A program made the position numbers and the translations under genes. 64,000 nucleotides of DNA from Scenedesmus sp. PABB004. Taxonomy: Eukaryota. Under the pieces are notes generated by a model. The model had not been told where the DNA came from. It did not search any database and was given only the letters and a program-made list of their open reading frames with translations. How positions within the stretch are numbered: the stretch's first letter is position 1; each line of letters starts with the position of its first letter. Where the stretch lies: positions 124,001 through 188,000 of the forward strand of contig JABVCE010000035.1 of NCBI GenBank assembly GCA_014905635.1, given 5' to 3'. Of this stretch, positions 57,683-64,000 are shown piece after piece.

Positions 57683-59565
57683 TCACACCACGGATGACTC
57701 GGTCAGCGCCGTGGCCGTCGTGCCGGCGCGCAGCAGCTGGCAGCTGCCCGGCACGACCGTGCTGGGCGTGCTGGCGGTGGACTGCAGGTGGCGCCAGGTC
57801 GTGAGCGCGACCTGCGTCTGGCGCATGATGCTGCCGTGCCCTGCGGCGCTGCTGCCCCTGCCGCCGCCCGGGGGCGCGGTTGCGGCCGCCGGCGGCAGCT
57901 GGCTGGCGCCGGGCGCGTGCTGCGCCGCCGCGGCCGCCGCCTCGCTGGCGCTGACCGCCGCCTGCGCCTCGCCTGCAGCGCAGCCGGTGCAGCTGCAGCG
58001 CTGCGCCGCGGCGGGCGCCAGCGACAGCGGCTCGCCCACCAGCGCCTGCTGCGCGGCGCTGCCGTGTGCCTGCTGCTCTGCGCGCTCCCGCTGCTGCTCC
58101 TGCTGCTGCTCCTGCTGCTGCTGCTGCTCCTGCTGCTGCTGCTGCGGCTGCGCCACCGTCGCCGCCCGCCGCCTGCTCGCCAGCGCTGGCCAGGTGCGCG
58201 CGCTCGGACGCGCCACACGCCGCCCCCTGCCCACATGCCGCTGCCTCCGGCGCGGGCGGCGCGCTCTCCGCGCCCAACGGGTCGCCCGCGTGCGACTGCC
58301 TGCGGCGCTTGGAGCCCGCCGCCGACTGGACCTCCGACATGGAGCCGCGCTGCGCCAGGTGCGCCAGCTGCGAGGCCGCCTGCTGCCGGCGCTTGCGGCT
58401 GCCGCCGCCCGAGGCCGCGGTGTCGCCCTCCAGCGTGGGCTCCGTGTCAGAGCGGCTCGAGGCGTCGCCCGAGTCGTCGTCCGCGAGCTGCTGCAGCAGC
58501 TCCAGGTCCAGCCCGCCGTGGGACAGCGCCGCGGCGTCGGCGCCGCCCGCCGCCGCCGCGGCCGCCGCGGCCGCCGCTGCCGCCGCGACCGCCGCCGCGG
58601 CCGCCGCGCGGGCCCGCCGCCGCGCGGCGGCCGCGCTGCCGGCCTGCTGCTCCGTGGGCTCGCTCGCGCGCGCGCCGGGCGCGTCCATGCGCTCCGCGAG
58701 GCGCTGGATGTCCTCCTCCACGCGGTGCGCGATGCTCGTCATGAGCTGCCGCGGCGGCGGCAGCGGCGGCGGCGGGCGTGCGGGCGTGTGGGCGTGGGCA
58801 TGGGCATGGGCGTGGCCGGGCCCGGGCCGGCTGCGCGCCGCGTGCGCCCTGCATGCGCACGCGCGCATGCGCGCGCGCGCGGCGCCGCACCTCGGTGGAG
58901 CAGAACGGCTGCTGCAGCAGGTTGCCGAGCTGCGGCGCACGGACGAGCAGGCCGGTGCGCTTGTGGTGCTTCTTGAGGATCTTGACCGTCGCGGTGTACG
59001 CGAGGATGGACCAGTGCACGAGCAGCAGCACCTCGCCGTGAAAGTCGACAAACTGCTTGTGCAGGTCGGCGAGGCCGGCCGGGCCGCCCGCCGCGGCGAG
59101 CGCGTGCTCGAGGCGCTCCACGCGGATCACGCTGTCCTCCTCGCGCTCAAGGAACATCTCGTTGAGCCGGTGCAGCGTGCCGCCGAGCGCGCCCACAAAG
59201 TTGGCCTCCTCCTCGCTCAGCGCCTCGAGCGTGCCGCGCTGCCCGAGCTGCTCCTTGTAGGGGAGGCGCTTGATCGACTTCTGCGGGGCCCGCGGGCGCG
59301 CGGGGGCCCGCCGGCGCGGCGGGGGGTGGGCGGGCGCATCGCGGGGGCGGCGCCGGCGCGCGCCGGCGCGGCGGCGGCCCGGGCGGCGGCACGCGGGGCC
59401 GCGGGCGGGCGCCGGGCGCCCCCGGGCTTGCGCGGGCGACGCGGGCGGCGGCGCGGCGCGCCGTGCGCGGCGCTGCCCCACCTTGAGGCCCTTGTAGGCT
59501 GAGAAGAGCGTTTCCATCTCCGGCAGGTCCTGGGCCGTGGTCTTGAGGAGCTGACAGAACTTCAT
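57683..59565 (-). CDS. SPX: SPX-domain phosphate-signalling protein (C-terminal frame join unresolved)
   Basis: MKF..., AYKGLK|KSIK, EEANFV, LNEMFLEREED, FHGEVLLLVHWSILAYTATVKILKKHHKRTG, QQPFCSTE. A C-terminal ALTTWRHLQSTASTPSTV lies in a different frame and ends at 57683. Confidence 0.85.
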
Positions 59566-60236
59566 GGCGGCCCAGGAGGGGGAACGGGCCAAGGTGAAGG
59601 GAAGCTGCTGGCGGGGATGGGCGGAGTGCTGTCCCTGCCGCGCGGCCGCGAGCGCGCGCTCTGCGCCCGTCCTCAGAGCAGGGCGAGGAGAGTCCCCGGG
59701 GAGCGCGACCGGAAGGCCCGAGCGCGCCGGGGCTCGCGCCCCGCCGGCAGGCCGCGCGCGGTCACCGAGGGAGCTGGGCGCGTCGGTGCGGGCTTGGCGC
59801 GTCGCGTGACCACGGTGGACACGGCAGGAGTGAGCAGCTGGGCACAGCGCGCCGGCCGGGGCGCCGCGCAAAACACGCTTTTCTCTGCGCCGCGACACCG
59901 ACCAGCATATGCCCATTGCACAACCCTGACCCGCGCCGACCAGTCCGAGCTGTCCGCGTGAGCGATCGGAGCACCTTCGGCGCGCAGCTGGCGGAGCAGC
60001 CGCCGCCGCCGCGCCGCCCGAGCTCGCTGCGCCGCGCGCCGCGCGCACAGCTCCAAGCTCACAGGCGCCGCCCGCAGCGCTCTCCACGAGCTCCTCAGCG
60101 AGTTTCCCCGGCACAGTCGGGCCGCACAGGCCGCGTCGGCGACGGTCACCGCTCAACCGCCGCTGCTGCTGGCCGGCCAGCCCGCGACAAGAGTCGCGTG
60201 CACCGCGGCGCCGCAGGAAAAAAACCAGTGCCACGC

Positions 60237-63200
60237 ATGGGCGTGCGGCAGGACGCGCAGCTGGCGGCGGCGGCGGCGAGCCCGCCGCGGCAGCGCGGCG
60301 CGGCGCGGGCGGGCGCGGCCGCCGCGTCCGCGCGCGCCGCCCGACAGCAGCCCGGCGGCGCGCGGCGGCGCCGCGCGCCGCGGGCCGCCGCGGCGCTGCT
60401 GGCGCTGGCGCTGGCCGCGGCCGCGCTCGCGGGCTGGCACCGGGCGGTGTGGGGCGGCGCGGGGCGCGGCCCGCGCGCGCGCGCGCGCCCGCTCTGGTGG
60501 CACGCGCCCGTTTACAGCGGCAGCGGCTACGGCAGCGAGGCCATTTTCTTCGTCGAGGCGCTGCTCGGTGCTGGCGCGCGCGCGCTGCGGCCGGAGGACC
60601 TGTGGCTGACCCACAGCGGCGACCGCATCATCGAGCGCGCCGTGCGGAGCCTCACCCCGCGCACGCGGGCGCTCCTGCAGGTGCGGCGGGCCCCGGCGGC
60701 GGCGGCGCCCGGCCGCGCCAGGCCCGCGCCGCCGCCCGGCCGCGCCGCGCCCCGGCCCCGACCCTGACCGCCGCGCGGCGCAGCGCCAGGAGCACGGCGC
60801 GCTGCTGCGCAGCCTGCCGGCGGCGGCGCTGGACCGGCCCGCGATCGTGGTCTGCCACTCCTTCCCCGACTGCTGGCTGCTGCCCAAGGACCAGGGCGGC
60901 ATGCGCGTGCCGGTGCGCGGCGGCCGCGCGGGCGCGCACGCGGCGCGCGGGGCGAGCCAGCCTGGCTCGCGCCGACCGTCGCCGCCGCTGCGCGGCCGCG
61001 CAGGGCTGCCCCTGCCCGCCGCCGGAGGCGTCGGAGCTGGTGCGCCGCGCGCGGGGGGCCTCGCCGGGCTGCCCGGCCGCCCGCGCCGGGCTGCCTGGCC
61101 GCCGTACACAGCCGCGCCGCGTCCGCCGCCCCGCGCGCCAGGTCACGTACCGCATCGGCCGCACGATGTTCGAGTCTGACGGCCTGCCGGCGCACCTGGT
61201 GGAGCACTGCAACGCGATGGACGAAGTCTGGGTGTGAGCTCCAGCGGGCGCAGCGCGGCGCCCGCCGCGGCGGCGGGCCGGCCGCCCGCCAGCGCGCGGG
61301 TCGGCGTCGGCACGACGCCGCCCGCGTCGCCGCTGCCCAGGCCGACGGAATTCAACCGGCGGACCTTTGCCGCGGCGGGCGTCGCGCCGGAGAAGCTGTT
61401 TGTCGTTCCGCAGGGCATCGACGTGGCGGCGTTTGACCCCACAGCCGTGTCGCCGCTGACCCTGCGCGACCAGCCCGGCGCGCAGCTCGTCACCGGCGCG
61501 CCGGCTCCAGACGGCGGGCAGCGGCCGTTCGGTGCGGGCGCGCGCGCGGGCGCCGGGCGTGGCCGTCGCGCGGGCGCGCCGGCGCCCCATCTCACCACCC
61601 GCCCGCCTGCCCGCCCGCTGCGCAGCCTTCCTGAGCATATTCAAGGCAAGGCGCGCCGCGTGGAGCGCCGCCGCACGCGCCCGCCCGCCCGCGCGGCCGC
61701 GGCTAACGCGCCCCCCCCCCCCTTCCCCCCGCAGTGGGAGGCGCGCAAGGGCTGGGACGTCCTGCTGGGCGCCTATCTGCGTGAGTTTGCGCAGGACGAG
61801 GCGGTGGAGCTCCACATCGTCACGCACGCCTTTGCCGGGCACGGCCGCGAGGTCCGCGAGGCCCCCCGCCGCGCGCAGCGCGCAGCGCGCGCAGCGCGCG
61901 CAGCGCGCAGGCGCGCCGCAGCCGGCGCCTCGGCCGCCGCCGAGCTGGGCCGCCACCGCCGCGCCCCGCGCGCGCGCCCGCGCGCCCTGCAGGACTTTGG
62001 CGAGCAGGTGCTGCGCTGGCTGGAGCTCGAGCTTGGTGTGCCCGCGCGCGGCGCGGCCGCGCTGCCGCGCGTCTACATTCACGCCGGCCACGTCGACGAC
62101 GCGACGCTGCCGCGGCTGTACGCCTCGGCGGACGCGGTCGTGCTGCCGACGCGCGGCGAGGGCTGGGGCCGGCCGCATATGGAAGCGCTCGCGATGGCCC
62201 GGCCGCTCATCGCGACAAACTGGTCGGGGCCGACCGCGTACCTCTCCGAGGCCACCGGCTACCCGCTGGCCGTCGAGGGCCTCGTCCCCGCCGAGCAGGC
62301 CGCCGCCGGCACAGGCGCGCGCCGCCGCCCCGCCGGCCCGGCCGGCGCGCTGTGCGGCCGCCGCGCTGCGCGGCCGCCCGCGCGCGCGCCATGGGTGACA
62401 CGGAGTCCCCCCCCCCCGCCGCCGGCGCGCAGCCGCGGGCGCGCAGGAGGAGGCAAACCCCTACTTCACAGGGCAGCGCTGGGCGGAGCCGAGCCAGGCG
62501 CACCTGCGCGAGCTCATGCGCCGCGTGGTCGCCCGCCCCGGCGAGGCCGCGGCCCGGGGCGCTGCCGCGCGGCGGCACGTGCTCCGGCACTTCACGCCCG
62601 AGGTGCGGCGGCGGCACGCCGGGCCGCACGCCCCGCACCACGCGCGCGCCACCACGCACCAGCGGCGGGCGGCGGCGGCGCCACGCCGCGCCGCGCCGCG
62701 CGCCCCGCACCACGCGCGCACGCACCACCACGCGCGCGCCGCGGGGGGGGGGGGGGGGGGGGGGCGTCTCCGGCGCGGCGAGCCGCGTCGCATGCGTGCG
62801 CCGCCGCCTCCGCGCGCAGGTGCTGGCGCGCGCGGTGCTGGCGCAGCTGGCCCGCATCGACGCCAAGCTGGGGCGGAGCCGGCCGCTGCCGCCGCGCGCC
62901 GCGGCCGCGTCGCAGCGCGCGCTCTGCCTGGCCCAGCCCGAGCTCTGCAGCCAAGGTGTGAGGCGGCCGCGTGCTGCCCGGCGCAGCTGCAGCGGCAGCA
63001 GGGCGAGTCCGCACGGCAGCTGGGCGGCCCACGCGCCGCCGCGGCCGCCGTCACGCGCAGGCGCCGCGGGCATGGCCGAGGCGGCGCGGCGCGCGGCGAC
63101 TGCGTTCAGCTCGTACCGCGCGACTGACCCGGCGGCGCTGTCGGTGGCGGCCGGGGGGCTCACGGCCGACGAGGCGATCGCGCACGCGCGCGCGGCGGTG

Positions 63201-63242
63201 CGCGCGGGCGGCGCGCCGACCGACGGCGTCGTGCTCAGCTGA
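60237..63242 (+). CDS. Glycosyltransferase family 4 (GT-B) with an N-terminal membrane anchor, 11 exons
   Basis: WWHAP..SGSGYGSEA, IVVCHS.P, RIGRTMFESDGLP, CNAMDEVWV|PTEF, FDP, FLSIFK|WEARKGWDVLL, PRLYASADAVVLPTRGEGWGRP..EALAM, IATNWSG, RWAEPS. Confidence 0.92.
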
Positions 63243-63659
63243 GCGGGCGCGGCGCGGCGCTGCAGCTGCGCGCTGCCGGCGGCGACAGCTTCGCGCACTG
63301 AGGCGCGCTGGTCGAGGCTGCGCGCCGGGCCGGTCGTTGCGTGAAACGGCATAGTCGCGCCCGGTGGTTCAGGTTGCCAGACCGGCGCGCGGCCGACCCC
63401 TCGCGGCCCGCCGCCCCAGCTTCTACTAGCCCGCCCCCCGCTGCTGTGGTGCTCTCTGGCGCGCCCTGTTGCGCAGCACGGCAGCACGCACAGCAGCCCG
63501 CCGCCGGACGCTGCGGCCGCGCGCGCCGCGCGCTCAGGGCCGCGTGCGCTGCTGCAGCTGCGCGCGCGCACGCGGCCCGCCGCGCGCTGCGGTCAATGCG
63601 CCGCGCGCCGCTCCGGCCGCGGCAGCCGCCCGGCTGCCGCTCCGGCCGCCGCGGCCGGC

Positions 63660-64000
63660 TCAGTGGTGGCCGTGCCCGTGGCCGTCGTCGTCGTCCAGCC
63701 CCTCGGCCTCAAAGATCGCCGGCAGGCCGCGCTGCGGGGCGGCGGGCGCGGGCGCGGGGCGCTCGGCGCGCGCTCGCCACGCCGCTGCTGCTGGTGCTGC
63801 GCCGCGCCGCCGCCGCCGCTGCTAGCTGCTGCTGCGGGCGCTCACCGTCTTGTGGTCCCACTCGTGGTAGGCCATGTAAAAGACCCAGAACCTGCGGCGG
63901 TGTGTGCGCGCACGAGAGCGCTCGGGCGGCGCGCCCCCGGCCGCGCGGCCGCCGCGCCGCGCCGCGCTGCCCGCCGTCGCCGCGCTGCAGCCTGCCTGCG
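63660..64000 (-). CDS. NDUFB2: 3' part (last two exons) of a probable complex I subunit NDUFB2/AGGG; the gene continues beyond the window
   Basis: Exon ~63891-63846 FWVFYMAYHEWDHKT with a GTGAGC donor. Exon ~63731-63660 RGLPAIFEAEGLDDDDGHGHGHH-TGA. This resembles the W-F-W-x-x-Y...His-rich tail of plant/algal NDUFB2. Confidence 0.6.

Noticed and set aside
4120..62765. Poly-G/C runs (~4123, ~4735, ~33179, ~62743) as functional G-quadruplex elements
   Set aside because: Homopolymer lengths are unreliable in assemblies, and G-tracts are expected at this composition.
1..64000. Hundreds of long Ala/Arg/Pro/Gly-rich six-frame ORFs
   Set aside because: Stop codons are rare at this GC content. These are shadow frames or exon-plus-intron read-throughs with no motifs.

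Overview
Eukaryotic nuclear DNA of very high GC content (visually ~80%), gene-dense and intron-rich. Gene content, TGTAA poly(A) signals and intron style point to a chlorophycean green alga (inference; Sphaeropleales-like). Almost all long ORFs in the supplied track are GC artefacts or exon fragments running into introns. By hand-splicing I can support about 20 genes: a large secreted Cys-/Pro-rich wall protein, CNX1E, a signal-peptide nicotinamidase, an Aurora-like kinase, a class-3 lipase, a PLAC8 protein, a tandem-CBM20 protein, CAF1, an ARM-repeat protein, chorismate synthase, a Hakai-like RING protein, XPF, an uncharacterised type II membrane protein, MTHFR, an 84-aa membrane microprotein, an ACHT thioredoxin, an ABC1 kinase, an SPX protein, a GT4 glycosyltransferase and the 3' end of NDUFB2. 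The most unusual observations are: (1) a near-perfect 731/730-bp inverted repeat whose loop is a ~150-bp TIR-bounded element that recurs 5 kb away; (2) about 19 of ~130 hand-called introns use GC donors, nearly all AG|GCG; (3) a candidate bicistronic Hakai-aroC locus; (4) a duplicated, unassigned 8-Cys domain in the wall protein. Gene spans run from start to stop codon. Exon boundaries were read by eye and were not checked against RNA-seq or databases.
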